The notes beneath the pieces are model-generated. The model was given only the letters and a program-made list of their open reading frames with translations. It did not search any database and was not told the origin of the DNA. DNA of 64,000 nucleotides from the NCBI GenBank assembly GCA_963786105.1, contig CAWAXX010000014.1, positions 64,001-128,000 on the forward strand, given 5' to 3'. The DNA is from Vulcanimicrobiota bacterium (GTDB lineage Bacteria; Vulcanimicrobiota; Vulcanimicrobiia; Vulcanimicrobiales; Vulcanimicrobiaceae). Made by a program: the position numbers and the translations under genes. This document shows, one piece after another, positions 28,798 to 38,059 of the stretch (positions are counted from its first letter, which is position 1; every line of letters starts with the position of its first letter).

Positions 28798-29709
28798 ATG
28801 TCCCGAGCGTTCGCTGCCGCCACCTTCTCCCTGCTATGCGCTTTTGGCGCGCAGACGGCGCTTGCCGCCGGTGCCCCTGCTGCGGTTACCGCTCAAACGG
28901 TCATCCACCCCGGCGATCAGCTCGGCGTCCTCGTTTTCGGGGATCAGTCCCTTACGCAGAACGTCATGGTGCTTTCCGACGGAACGATCGAGTTTCCGCT
29001 GGTGGGTCGCGTCGCCGTCGCCGGAAAAACGCCGAGCGCGGCATCGGCCGTGCTCGCCGAGCGCCTCAGCCGTTACGTTCGCCATCCCGTCATTACCATT
29101 TCGATCGCACAGCTCGGCCAGCCAAACGTGCTCGTTCTTGGCGAAGTGAAATTGCCGGGCAAGTATCAGCTTCGTTCGGAAGCAAAGCTCACCGATGCCA
29201 TTGCGGCGGCCGGCGGCATCGCCGATAGCAACGGTGCCTTTCCCGATGCGCGCGTTGCCGATTCCGCCGGCAAAGTGACGGTGGTTTCCCTTCAGAATCT
29301 TCTTCAACGCGGCGATACCTCGCTCGACATGCCGCTCGGGGAGGGTTCGGTCGTCTACGTGCCCGGTCCGATACGCTTTACCGTCAGCGTTGCCGGCGCC
29401 GTCGACCATCCCGGCGACGTTCAAGTGAACGAAGGCGATCGTCTATCGATGGTGATCGCCAAAGCCGGAAACAGCCAAAACGCCCAGGCCGACCTCAACC
29501 ACATTCATTTGATTCGCATGGGCACCGACGGCAAACAGACGACCACCGAAGTCAATCTCTACCTCGTCCTCAAGGGCGGCGATCCAAACGCGGACGTCGC
29601 GCTGGAGAAGGGTGACGTCGTCTACGTTCCTCAGGGCGTTCGACACGCCGACATATTCTCTGGGATCGGCAGCGGCTTACTCTACGTGCTCACTCACTTC
29701 ATCCCGTAG
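28798..29709 (+). CDS. Polysaccharide export protein (Wza/OPX-like; Poly_export + SLBB)
   Basis: IHPGDQL, DGTIEFPLVG.V.VAGKT, VLGEVKLPG, LTDAIAAAGG and LEKGDVVYVP motifs. Confidence 0.9.
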   Translation: MSRAFAAATFSLLCAFGAQTALAAGAPAAVTAQTVIHPGDQLGVLVFGDQSLTQNVMVLSDGTIEFPLVGRVAVAGKTPSAASAVLAERLSRYVRHPVITISIAQLGQPNVLVLGEVKLPGKYQLRSEAKLTDAIAAAGGIADSNGAFPDARVADSAGKVTVVSLQNLLQRGDTSLDMPLGEGSVVYVPGPIRFTVSVAGAVDHPGDVQVNEGDRLSMVIAKAGNSQNAQADLNHIHLIRMGTDGKQTTTEVNLYLVLKGGDPNADVALEKGDVVYVPQGVRHADIFSGIGSGLLYVLTHFIP

Positions 29710-30404
29710 CGCCGGCGAGAACGGCGCGCGCGCGCGAAAAGATCGCGTCGAACATCGCCGCGGTCAGCACCCCGGTATTCGTGTTCTGCCGGCTCGGGTG
29801 ATACGAAGCGATTGCAACGATTTGCCGCCCGCTCGAAGGTCGCCACCACTTCTCCCGCGTGCCTGAAAGCCGGTTTCGGCGGATCGAGCGACCAGCCGCG
29901 CTCCCGCAAGACTTTTAGGATGGCGAGAAATCCTATCGATCCAAGCCCGATGATGACGCGCAAGCGTGAGAGCGCCTCGAATTCTTCGAGTAAATAGGGA
30001 AAACAGTTGCGCAGCTGTTGGGGCGTCGGTTTGTTCTGCGGCGGCGCGCAGCGCAGCGCCGCCGTGATGAGGCAATCGACGAGTTGCAATCCGTCGCCGA
30101 GATCGACCGCGCGCGGCTGCGTTGCAAAACCGGCGCGAAATAGCGCGGGATAAAGAAAGTCGCCGGACGCGTCGCCGGTGAACGGACGTCCGGTGCGATT
30201 GCTGCCGTGCGCACCGGGGGCGAGGCCGACCAGCATGACGCGCGCACGGTCATTGCCGAAAGCCGGAACCGGCTTTCCCCAATACGTGCTGCCGGCGTGC
30301 GCGCGCTTTTTCTCACGCGCGATCCGTGCCGTGTACGCGCGCAACTCCGGACAACGCGTACATTTTACGACGGCGCGTTCGATCGACTCCAGCGACCTTT
30401 TCAT
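29699..30404 (-). CDS. Uracil-DNA glycosylase family 5 (UdgB-like), frameshifted near 29830
   Basis: CTRCPEL, VGLAPGAHGSNRTGRPFTGD and RCAPPQNKP. The alternate frame gives ASYHPSRQNTNTG, ending in TGA at 29699. Confidence 0.9.
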
Positions 30405-30441
30405 GAAGGCGAGACTTCGCCGTATGTCATGATAGGCTTTC

Positions 30442-31650
30442 ATGGGCGACACTCACGTTGCCGAAGGCGTCGTACCGGCGTCGCTCGATCGTGCGGGCGT
30501 TGCGCTTCTTTCGCTGGCGCACGTTGCGAACGACGCCAATCAGAGCGTCTTGCCGGCGATCATTCCTTGGCTCATCGCGCATCGCGGGCTCTCGCTGACG
30601 GCCGCGGCAACGCTGGTGCTCGCGATGAACCTCTCGTCGTCGGTCATCCAGCCGCTTTTCGGTCACATCTCGGATCGCAAATCGCTCGTGTGGGTTATCC
30701 CGCTATCGCTATTGCTGGCGACGTCCGGCACCGCCGCCATCGGCTTTGCACCGTCGATGCCGTTCATGTTTTTAGGCGCGCTGATTTCGGGGATCGGCGT
30801 TGCGGCGTTTCATCCCGAAGGCTCGCGGTACGCGAACTACTTCGGCGGGTCGCAGCGCGCGACCGCGATGAGCTGGTTCACGACCGGCGGATACCTGGGC
30901 TTCGCCATCGGCCCGATCATCGTGACGCCGCTGCTTCTGGTGTTCGGCCTGCACGGAACGGCGTTTCTCATGATTCTCGGGGTGATTCTGGCCGGATTGC
31001 TCGCGCGCGAAATACCGCGCTTCGAGTGCGCGCGTTTGCGCGCACATCAGGCGCGGCGCCACCGTCGCGGCGTCGACGACTGGCGCGCCTTCTCGATCAT
31101 GACCGTCCTGGTCGCGCTGCGGTCGACGGTATTTTTTGCGATCGTCACGTTTATGCCGGTCTTTGCCATCGCCGTTACCCACGTAGACAAAGCCCTGGGC
31201 TCGGTCGCGCTGGCGGCGATGCTGCTCGGCGGTGCGGCCGGCACGCTGTGGGGCGGCCGTCTTGCCGACCGCCTCGACAGACGCCGCGTCATTTCGATCT
31301 CGCTGTTTTTCACCACGCTCTTCGGCGCCGCCATCGTCCTGGCCGGAACGTACGCGCCCCAGTACGCGGTGCTGGTTCCGCTTGCCGTGGCTTTCGGCGT
31401 TGCCATCGGGTTGTCGGCGGGCGTCATCGTGGTGGTGGGCCAAGAGTATTTGCCGCAGCGCATCGGGATGGCCGCCGGTGTGACGCTCGGCTTATCGGTG
31501 ACGATCGGCGGATTTGCAGCGCCGTTGTTCGGCGCGATCGGCGACCGGCACGGTTTGATTCCCGTGTTTGCGACGGCGACGGTCTTCGCCGTGCTGGCGC
31601 TCGCCGTGTCGTTCGCCATGCCGAAACCCGCGCAACTCTCGCGCGCGTAG
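30442..31650 (+). CDS. MFS transporter (Fsr-like)
   Basis: AHVAND, QPLFGHISDR, AAFHPEG and GGRLADR motifs, about 12 TMs. Confidence 0.9.
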   Translation: MGDTHVAEGVVPASLDRAGVALLSLAHVANDANQSVLPAIIPWLIAHRGLSLTAAATLVLAMNLSSSVIQPLFGHISDRKSLVWVIPLSLLLATSGTAAIGFAPSMPFMFLGALISGIGVAAFHPEGSRYANYFGGSQRATAMSWFTTGGYLGFAIGPIIVTPLLLVFGLHGTAFLMILGVILAGLLAREIPRFECARLRAHQARRHRRGVDDWRAFSIMTVLVALRSTVFFAIVTFMPVFAIAVTHVDKALGSVALAAMLLGGAAGTLWGGRLADRLDRRRVISISLFFTTLFGAAIVLAGTYAPQYAVLVPLAVAFGVAIGLSAGVIVVVGQEYLPQRIGMAAGVTLGLSVTIGGFAAPLFGAIGDRHGLIPVFATATVFAVLALAVSFAMPKPAQLSRA

Positions 31651-31662
31651 CGTTTGGTTCGC

Positions 31663-32172
31663 CTAAACGAGCCCCGGAAAGCTCAACTTTTCTAGAGCCG
31701 CGTAGGTCGCGATCCCGACGGCCGTCGAGAGGTTGATACTCCGCACGCTGTCTTCGCGCATCGGAATGCGCAGCGTGCAATCCGGATAGCGTCCGAGCAA
31801 ATCGCTTGGCAAGCCCTTCGTTTCCTTACCGAATATCAGAACGTCGCCGGCGGCGAACGGCGCTCGAGAATACACGCGGCGCCCGCGCGTTGAAAAGAAC
31901 CAGCGCCGACGCGATGCGGTAGCCTCCAAAAAAGCTCCGAGCGAGGGATGCACCACCAGCTTCACGTGATGCCAGTAGTCGAGTCCGGCCCGTTTTAGTT
32001 CGCGATCGTCGATACCGAAACCGAGCGGCTCGACCAAATGCAGCGCGCAGCCGGTGGCAGCGCATAGGCGCGCGACGTTGCCGGTGTTCGGGGGGATTTC
32101 CGGCTCGACCAGCGCGACGTGCAACGGCACGTCACCCAACGACTCGAACGGCCGAACGTTAGGGTGAGGCAA
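31663..32172 (-). CDS. trmL: tRNA (cytidine/uridine-34-2'-O)-methyltransferase
   Basis: PEIPPNTGN, KRAGLDYW, FGKETKGLP and RSINLS motifs. Confidence 0.93.
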   Translation of the reverse strand: MPHPNVRPFESLGDVPLHVALVEPEIPPNTGNVARLCAATGCALHLVEPLGFGIDDRELKRAGLDYWHHVKLVVHPSLGAFLEATASRRRWFFSTRGRRVYSRAPFAAGDVLIFGKETKGLPSDLLGRYPDCTLRIPMREDSVRSINLSTAVGIATYAALEKLSFPGLV

Positions 32173-33067
32173 GCACGCTCGCGTAGTCGATGCCGCCGGG
32201 AGCTACCACGTAGGCAACGCCATCGTTGCGCTGCCAAATGCGTTCGATCGCCTCGCGCGGATAGACGACGCGGACGTTGGGTGCCGCCGGATCGTTCATC
32301 GCACAATCACCGTCCGACGTAAAGCCGCACAGCACCGCAAGGTGCCCGTCGGAATGCTCGAGCGGGGCGCCGGGCAGCTCGCCATCGCGCCACGAATACG
32401 AAATGGCGACCGGGAGGTTTCTCTCGATCAGCCGTTGCGCGTGATCGAGGTTCTGCAAGTGAGCGACCACGCCGCGCAAACCCAGACTGCCGCTATACGC
32501 CACGTTGAACGTCCAGTTACCGGTACCGTTGTACGACCGGTCGAAAACGGCGCGCGCCGTCTCGTCGACCGGAACGTCGAACCCGTGGTAGGCGTTGATC
32601 ATCGACAGGCTAGCCGGACTGCACCAGCCGCGCTCTCCGGCATGCACGTATTGCGAGCGCGCCGGTACGTCGAGGATCAGGGCGCCCCGCGCGTACGGAA
32701 GCGATGGGCGAGCTCGTGCCGGCGAGGAAAACGCCATCAAATTAAAATCCACGTCCCAAGCGCGCACGTCGATTCCGTCGAACGGCTGCTCGGCGCGAAT
32801 CACGTCGACGTCGACGCGCACGCCTTCGTGTTCCGGGCTGAAGGACGTCGAGCCATTCGGGTGCCAGAGCGCATAGTCGATCCAGGGCGTGGCCGGCAGG
32901 TGCGCCCGCAGCAGGCGAAACGCGATGGTACCGCTCGCCGCATACGTGTTCCAACTGAGGACGCCTCCACGCGCCGGTTCGAAGAGGAGCCGCGCCGACT
33001 CGCGCACGTTCAACGCTTGCGCGAAACCGGCCAGTGGTTCTAAATGCTCCACTGCCACGAATTCCAC
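32159..33067 (-). CDS. C39-like cysteine peptidase
   Basis: SQ..GWCSPASLSM (Cys), GHLAVLCGF (His) and NDPA (Asp). Start uncertain. Confidence 0.8.
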   Translation of the reverse strand: MEFVAVEHLEPLAGFAQALNVRESARLLFEPARGGVLSWNTYAASGTIAFRLLRAHLPATPWIDYALWHPNGSTSFSPEHEGVRVDVDVIRAEQPFDGIDVRAWDVDFNLMAFSSPARARPSLPYARGALILDVPARSQYVHAGERGWCSPASLSMINAYHGFDVPVDETARAVFDRSYNGTGNWTFNVAYSGSLGLRGVVAHLQNLDHAQRLIERNLPVAISYSWRDGELPGAPLEHSDGHLAVLCGFTSDGDCAMNDPAAPNVRVVYPREAIERIWQRNDGVAYVVAPGGIDYASVLASP

Positions 33068-34674
33068 GTGTCGCCGATGAAAGCGGCCGGTATGAAGTTC
33101 TTGACGTCACTATTCATCGCCGTATAGCCGGTCTCCCAAGTAAATACCACCGCGGGGACGAGCTCCCGCAGGCGTTCTTCTTCCCGCTGGTACAGCGCTT
33201 TGCGCCGAGCTTGATCGAACGTGCGCTCGGCCGCCGAACTGGTGGCGTTCACGATCGGGTCGTCGAGCCACGACGTGTTGGCACCCTTGGGTGGGATGAA
33301 CGCACCGTTCCAACTGCCGGCGTTGTCGGGATCGGGTCCGTTGGTTTCAATCGACCACTCCAAATCGTACTTGCCGGTATACAGCGGCCCGTTTTGGGCG
33401 AACATCAGGTTGGCCGGATAGTTGCGTATTTGCAAATCGATCCCGAACGGCTTGAGCATCGACTGCATCAGGACTTCCGACTGTTCGTTTTCTTGATGTC
33501 CGACCGTTGCGGAGATGGTCACGTGCATGGCTGCGTCGCCCTTGTGCAGGACGCCGTCGCTCTGCAACTGCCAGCCGGCGACGGCGAGCAGGTGGCGAGC
33601 GTCGCGCGGATCGTAACGGTACGCCGGCAGTACCGGCGCCGCCCACGACTCCGGAAAGATGTCGGACACGGCCAATCGGTTGATCCCGTGGTAGACCGTA
33701 TCGTCGATACGCTTCCAATCGATGGCTTCGGCGATCGCGCGGCGGACGCGGACGTCGTGCAGCAGCGCCCGGCTCGTATTGATGCCGAGGTGTCGCCAGT
33801 TGGCCAGGAGTTGTTTCTTGATGACGATGCCGGTCACGCTGCCGAGCTGGGGCACGGCGTTGGCGTTGACGCTGGGATACACGTCGATCTCGTGCGTGCG
33901 GAGTTGATTGAAGAGCGTATTGACGTCCGGAACGATCTTCCAGTCGATTTCTTTGAGTTTCGGCGCTCCGCGAAAGTACCGGGGGTTCGGCACGAAGACG
34001 AGGGACGTTCCGCGATTCCAGGCTTGTAGCAGATACGGGCCGCTCGAGAGCGGCCTGCCGTTGAACTCGGCGGAGTTGAGGTCGGGAAGCTTTGCGAGCA
34101 GGTGCGCCGGCAGCGGCGGATAGCCGGCGCCGCCCATGGCGAGTATTCCGAAAGCCGTAACGTCGGCGCGCTTGAGATGAATGACGATCGTGTGCGGGTC
34201 GCGCGCGTCGGCCGAAGCGATCGCGTCCCAGCCGTAGCGCGTTTTGACGTTGTTGCGCGGATTGGTCGCCGCACGATAGGTAAAGAGCCAATCGGCTGCG
34301 GTCAGCGGCTCGCCGTCGGCCCAAACGACGCCTTTACGCAAGTGCACCACGATGGTCTTTCCGTCACGACTGATTCCGCCGTTGCGAAGCGACGGAACGA
34401 CGCTGGCGAGATCCGGGACGTAGTTGCCGTTCCGGTCGTAGCGAAGCAAGAACGAAAACAGCAAGCCGGAGATCTCGTCGGATGCCGCGCTGTGCGCGTA
34501 CATGAGGTTCAGGCCGTCCGGCTCTTCGTCAGCGCCGACGCGCAGCACGCCGGGAACCGTCCACGAGTTGCGTTCGCCGATGCGTCCGGAGGAAGCGCCG
34601 CGCTGAGCGCACGCGCTCGCCGATACGGCGGCCAGCAAAACGGCGGCGATGAAACGAATCGGCGTCGGGTTCAC
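33040..34674 (-). CDS. Peptide ABC transporter substrate-binding protein (OppA/DppA family)
   Basis: PDLA, LRKGVVWADGEPLTAAD, SGPY and DVRVRRAIA motifs, with a signal peptide containing Cys. Confidence 0.92.
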   Translation of the reverse strand: MNPTPIRFIAAVLLAAVSASACAQRGASSGRIGERNSWTVPGVLRVGADEEPDGLNLMYAHSAASDEISGLLFSFLLRYDRNGNYVPDLASVVPSLRNGGISRDGKTIVVHLRKGVVWADGEPLTAADWLFTYRAATNPRNNVKTRYGWDAIASADARDPHTIVIHLKRADVTAFGILAMGGAGYPPLPAHLLAKLPDLNSAEFNGRPLSSGPYLLQAWNRGTSLVFVPNPRYFRGAPKLKEIDWKIVPDVNTLFNQLRTHEIDVYPSVNANAVPQLGSVTGIVIKKQLLANWRHLGINTSRALLHDVRVRRAIAEAIDWKRIDDTVYHGINRLAVSDIFPESWAAPVLPAYRYDPRDARHLLAVAGWQLQSDGVLHKGDAAMHVTISATVGHQENEQSEVLMQSMLKPFGIDLQIRNYPANLMFAQNGPLYTGKYDLEWSIETNGPDPDNAGSWNGAFIPPKGANTSWLDDPIVNATSSAAERTFDQARRKALYQREEERLRELVPAVVFTWETGYTAMNSDVKNFIPAAFIGDTWNSWQWSI

Positions 34675-35742
34675 CTACGCATGGCTGCCGAGCGGAGCGC
34701 GTTTGACGATGCGTGGCGCGATTTCGCCGAAGAAACGGTCCGCGCCGAAACGCACGACGTCGTCGGCGGGCAGCCCCGTTTCCGTGCGTGCCCGCGCGAT
34801 CTCGTCGCGCGCCTCCTCGTCGGACAGCCCGCGCGTATTGAGGGCGACGCCGATGATGCCGGCGGGCTTGACCGTTGCCAGCAACGCCTCGTGAAGGTCG
34901 ATGAGCGCCCGGTAGGCGAGCGTCGGGGTCGAGTATTCTTCGATCTGCCGGCGACGCGGGTCGCACACCAACACCAGCGCGTCCGCAGCACTTCCGAACA
35001 TGAGCGCGAGCGTCACCGGCGCGTACGCGGGATGATTGATGGCCCCTTGTCCCTCGACGACGATCAAATCCGACCCTTCGTGAGCGGCATACAGCACCAA
35101 CTGCTCGGCAGCACCGGGTGCGAAATCGGCAACCACGCGATCCACCGAAATGCCCCAACCTGCAATCATGATGCCGGTTTGTCCGGTCGGGACGAAACGA
35201 GCGTTGGCTTTTCCGGCTTCGCGAGCTGCGCGTACGAGCTCCAGGGCGACGCTCATCTTCCCGACCGCGCAATCGTTGCCGACGGTCAACACGATCGGCG
35301 CCTTGACGCCGTAGACATCGCCGCTGAACAAGGGGACATCGGGCGGTTTGCGGACGTCCCAAATCGTCGCGCCGGATCGCATTGCGGCGGCGTGAAACTC
35401 GAGATCGTTGTCGAGCATGTCGTGTAAACCGCTCACGATTTCGAGCCGCGCTGCGATAGCGGCGAGAATTTCCTGCCGCCAAGACGCCGGTAACGCGCCG
35501 CCGCGCGGAGCGGTTCCGATCAACAACGCGGTTGGTTCCAACGGCAAAGCTTCGGCGACGCTCGCGACGATCGGTGCGTCGCTACCCAGATGCGGAAGCA
35601 CGTCGCGCACGCGTTGACCGGCGCACGACGGGTCGACGACGGCGACCACGTCGTCGGCGCCGTAGCGAATCACGCCGTGCGCGGTCTTCGCGTCGATGGC
35701 AAACCGCTCGGGTGCGAGGATGAGATATCGCCGGCGGGTCAC
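34675..35742 (-). CDS. DUF1611 / DgcN-like protein
   Basis: AKTAHG, VSGLH, VGNDCAVGKM, TGQTGIMI and VEGQGA motifs. The GTG overlaps the epimerase stop codon. Confidence 0.9.
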   Translation of the reverse strand: MTRRRYLILAPERFAIDAKTAHGVIRYGADDVVAVVDPSCAGQRVRDVLPHLGSDAPIVASVAEALPLEPTALLIGTAPRGGALPASWRQEILAAIAARLEIVSGLHDMLDNDLEFHAAAMRSGATIWDVRKPPDVPLFSGDVYGVKAPIVLTVGNDCAVGKMSVALELVRAAREAGKANARFVPTGQTGIMIAGWGISVDRVVADFAPGAAEQLVLYAAHEGSDLIVVEGQGAINHPAYAPVTLALMFGSAADALVLVCDPRRRQIEEYSTPTLAYRALIDLHEALLATVKPAGIIGVALNTRGLSDEEARDEIARARTETGLPADDVVRFGADRFFGEIAPRIVKRAPLGSHA

Positions 35743-36758
35743 GCGGGAACGACTTCGTGGACTCCCAGCCCGGGAGTGTCGGGCAGGATCAGTTTCCCCC
35801 GATCGTAGGTTACGCCGGCGAAGGGATCGCGGGCCGTGAGGAACGGTCCATCGATGTCGGCCCAGTCGACCAACGGCGAGATGTGTGCTGCCGCGGTGGC
35901 GCAAACCGCACTTTCAACCATGCAGCCGAGCATGATCTTCAGGTTCATCGCGCGCGCGGCGTGAATCATGGCCAGCGCGCCGCGCAAGCCGCCCGTCTTG
36001 GCCAGCTTGACGTTGACGCCGTCGACGCAGCCGTACAGCGCCGGCAGATCGTCGGCTACCAACGAGTCTTCGTCGGTCACGATCGGGATCGAAACCCGCT
36101 CGCGGATCGCCCGAAGCTGTTCGGGATGACCGGCCGGCACCGGCTGCTCGCAAAATTCGATCTCGAAGCGTTCGAGTTCTCTGAGAATTCGGACGGCGAT
36201 TTCCACATCCCAGCCCTCGTTTGCGTCGATTCGAATTATTCCGCGATACCGTTCGCGAATGAGGGCGATCGTTTCGATTTGCTCGTTGGCGGTACCGCTG
36301 CCGAGTTTAACTTTGAGGATCGGATGATCGCCGACTTCGGCTACTTTGCGCAGAGTCGTCTCGGGATCGGCGATGCCGATCGTAAACGAGGTCACCGGCG
36401 TCAGCTCCGGATCCAAGCCGAACAGCTCGTACAGCGGTTTGCCCAAGTCTTTGCCGATGAGGTCGTGCAGCGCGAGGTCGAGGCCCGATCGGGCCGCCGG
36501 CGGAATTCCGGAATGCAGTAAGGCCTCGAGCCGATAGGGATCGCCGGTTGCGAGGGCGTGCGTTGCAAAGTACTCGATCACGCTTTCGACGGATTCGCCG
36601 TAGCGATCGGTGGGCGCAGCCTCGCCGAGGCCCTCAAGATCGCCGGCGCGCACGCGGACGAGTGCGGTCCTTGCGACGGTTTCTTCACCCCGAGCGATTT
36701 TGAAAGGATGGACGAGCGGCAGCTCGAGCGGCGCCACCGTCACCGTCAGATCGGACAT
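35739..36758 (-). CDS. L-Ala-D/L-Glu dipeptide epimerase family (DgcA-like)
   Basis: Enolase-superfamily motifs KVKLG, RIDANEGW, EQP, DE, NVKLAKTGG, MLGCMVES and DIDG. Confidence 0.92.
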   Translation of the reverse strand: MSDLTVTVAPLELPLVHPFKIARGEETVARTALVRVRAGDLEGLGEAAPTDRYGESVESVIEYFATHALATGDPYRLEALLHSGIPPAARSGLDLALHDLIGKDLGKPLYELFGLDPELTPVTSFTIGIADPETTLRKVAEVGDHPILKVKLGSGTANEQIETIALIRERYRGIIRIDANEGWDVEIAVRILRELERFEIEFCEQPVPAGHPEQLRAIRERVSIPIVTDEDSLVADDLPALYGCVDGVNVKLAKTGGLRGALAMIHAARAMNLKIMLGCMVESAVCATAAAHISPLVDWADIDGPFLTARDPFAGVTYDRGKLILPDTPGLGVHEVVPA

Positions 36759-36797
36759 GCTAGGCGCTTTCCACCCGCCGTTGGCCGTTCCTCGCCG

Positions 36798-37310
36798 TTA
36801 GGGAGCTCTAAAGAACTGCATGCGAGTGGGTGAAGCGACGTGATAACAGAAACCGCGGTGATCGTAGCGTATGCCTTCGCCAAGCGTGTTCGCGGCGTGC
36901 CGTTCCGAACCGGTGATGACGCGCCGTTCCTCGGCGGTGTCGTACGGCCGGCTCCATCGATTGGCCAGTGCCGCTTCACGCGAAGGCGATTCGACGGCGT
37001 GGTCGACTTCGTGTCCCAATCCGAGCGCCGGCGATTGGCGGCCGCCGTTCGTCGTGCGGATCGCCGAATGCGGATCCCACGCGATTGTATCGGTAACCGG
37101 GTCGAAGTGGTCGTCGTTTCTATGGTCGATCTTTAAGCAATAGTGGCGTGCGCGAGAGCGTTCCAGGCGATCGAAGAGCGAGCGCTCGACCGCGTCGCGC
37201 GAAAGATACGCCTTCGCGGTGCAATAGTCGCGATCGGCGTCGCGCGGCACCGAAAGCGACCCGTGACGAACGTACGCGATACGCGCCGCTGCGATCGTCG
37301 TAACCTGCAT
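36798..37310 (-). CDS. Small HEXXH zincin-like protein
   Basis: SPALGLGHEVDHA followed by a downstream EERRVI. Confidence 0.65.
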   Translation of the reverse strand: MQVTTIAAARIAYVRHGSLSVPRDADRDYCTAKAYLSRDAVERSLFDRLERSRARHYCLKIDHRNDDHFDPVTDTIAWDPHSAIRTTNGGRQSPALGLGHEVDHAVESPSREAALANRWSRPYDTAEERRVITGSERHAANTLGEGIRYDHRGFCYHVASPTRMQFFRAP

Positions 37311-37344
37311 GATATGCGACGATCACGCGTTCCCGGTGCGGCGG

Positions 37345-37806
37345 CTAGGACCGTTTTGACGTGAGGCGTTCGCGTAGCTTCTCGCGGGCCTTTTCGATGC
37401 GGCGGAAACGGGTTTCAGGTTTCTTCGCATCCTCGATCCATTGGACGTACTCTTTACGATGCGTGTACGACATGGTATCGAACGCGCGGCGCTCGGCGGC
37501 GCGCAAGGCCTTTGCGAAATCCGCCGGCACGCCGACGGTACGCTCATGGGTGTCGCGCTCGACGTCGAGAGCTATCCAGTCGCCGCGCTCGATGCCGGCG
37601 GCTTTGCGCACTGCTGCGGTGACGCCGATCATCGGGCCTGCGCCCATGTTACAAATCGTCGTGCGCCAGCTTATGCCGTTTACGGTGACGCGCACCGGAA
37701 CGCGCGTCCGTCCTTCGAGCGCGGCCATGGTCGACGCGGGGACCAATGCGTACGTCGCCGCCGACTCGTCGCTGCCTTCGAGCTTGGTACGAAAGCGGTG
37801 AGCCAT
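37345..37806 (-). CDS. DUF1905 + YdeI/OmdA-associated domain protein
   Basis: RVPVRVTVNG, VPADF and SYTHRKEYVQWIEDAKKPETRFRRI motifs. Confidence 0.88.
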   Translation of the reverse strand: MAHRFRTKLEGSDESAATYALVPASTMAALEGRTRVPVRVTVNGISWRTTICNMGAGPMIGVTAAVRKAAGIERGDWIALDVERDTHERTVGVPADFAKALRAAERRAFDTMSYTHRKEYVQWIEDAKKPETRFRRIEKAREKLRERLTSKRS

Positions 37807-37874
37807 TCTCAAGACCCTCTAGCACGAACTGAACCGTAAATCAAGGTCTTGACCGGGGGTGGTACGGTAGAGGG

Positions 37875-38059
37875 GCTCGACTGCGCGTGGCGCGCACCGC
37901 TTTAGGTGCCGAGCCGATAGTGATACATAGGGAGCATCAGCTCCGGATACGACGGGAAAGCTTGGGCTCGATGCCTGCCGACCCTGCGCCCGGGCCGCAC
38001 CCACCTGCGAGACGCGGGTTCGAATCACCATAGGCGGCAGACGCTACGTGCGGTTGAGT
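37875..38059 (+). ncRNA. ssrS: 6S RNA (probable)
   Basis: About 185 nt. The 5' CTCGACTGCGCGTGGCG pairs with the 3' CGCTACGTGCGGTTGAG (with G-U pairs), and CCGC/GGTG pair with CACC/GCGG. Central ACATAGGGAGC and GCACCCACCTG..GCGGGTTC resemble Firmicutes-type 6S RNA. Confidence 0.8.
38041..38058. repeat. Direct repeat, copy 1
   Basis: ACGCTACGTGCGGTTGAG, 17/18 identical to 39056-39073. Confidence 0.8.

Noticed and set aside
37819..38031. 70-aa minus-strand ORF, or a tRNA suggested by GGTTCGAATC at ~38017
   Set aside because: There is no cloverleaf. The region is better explained as 6S RNA on the + strand.
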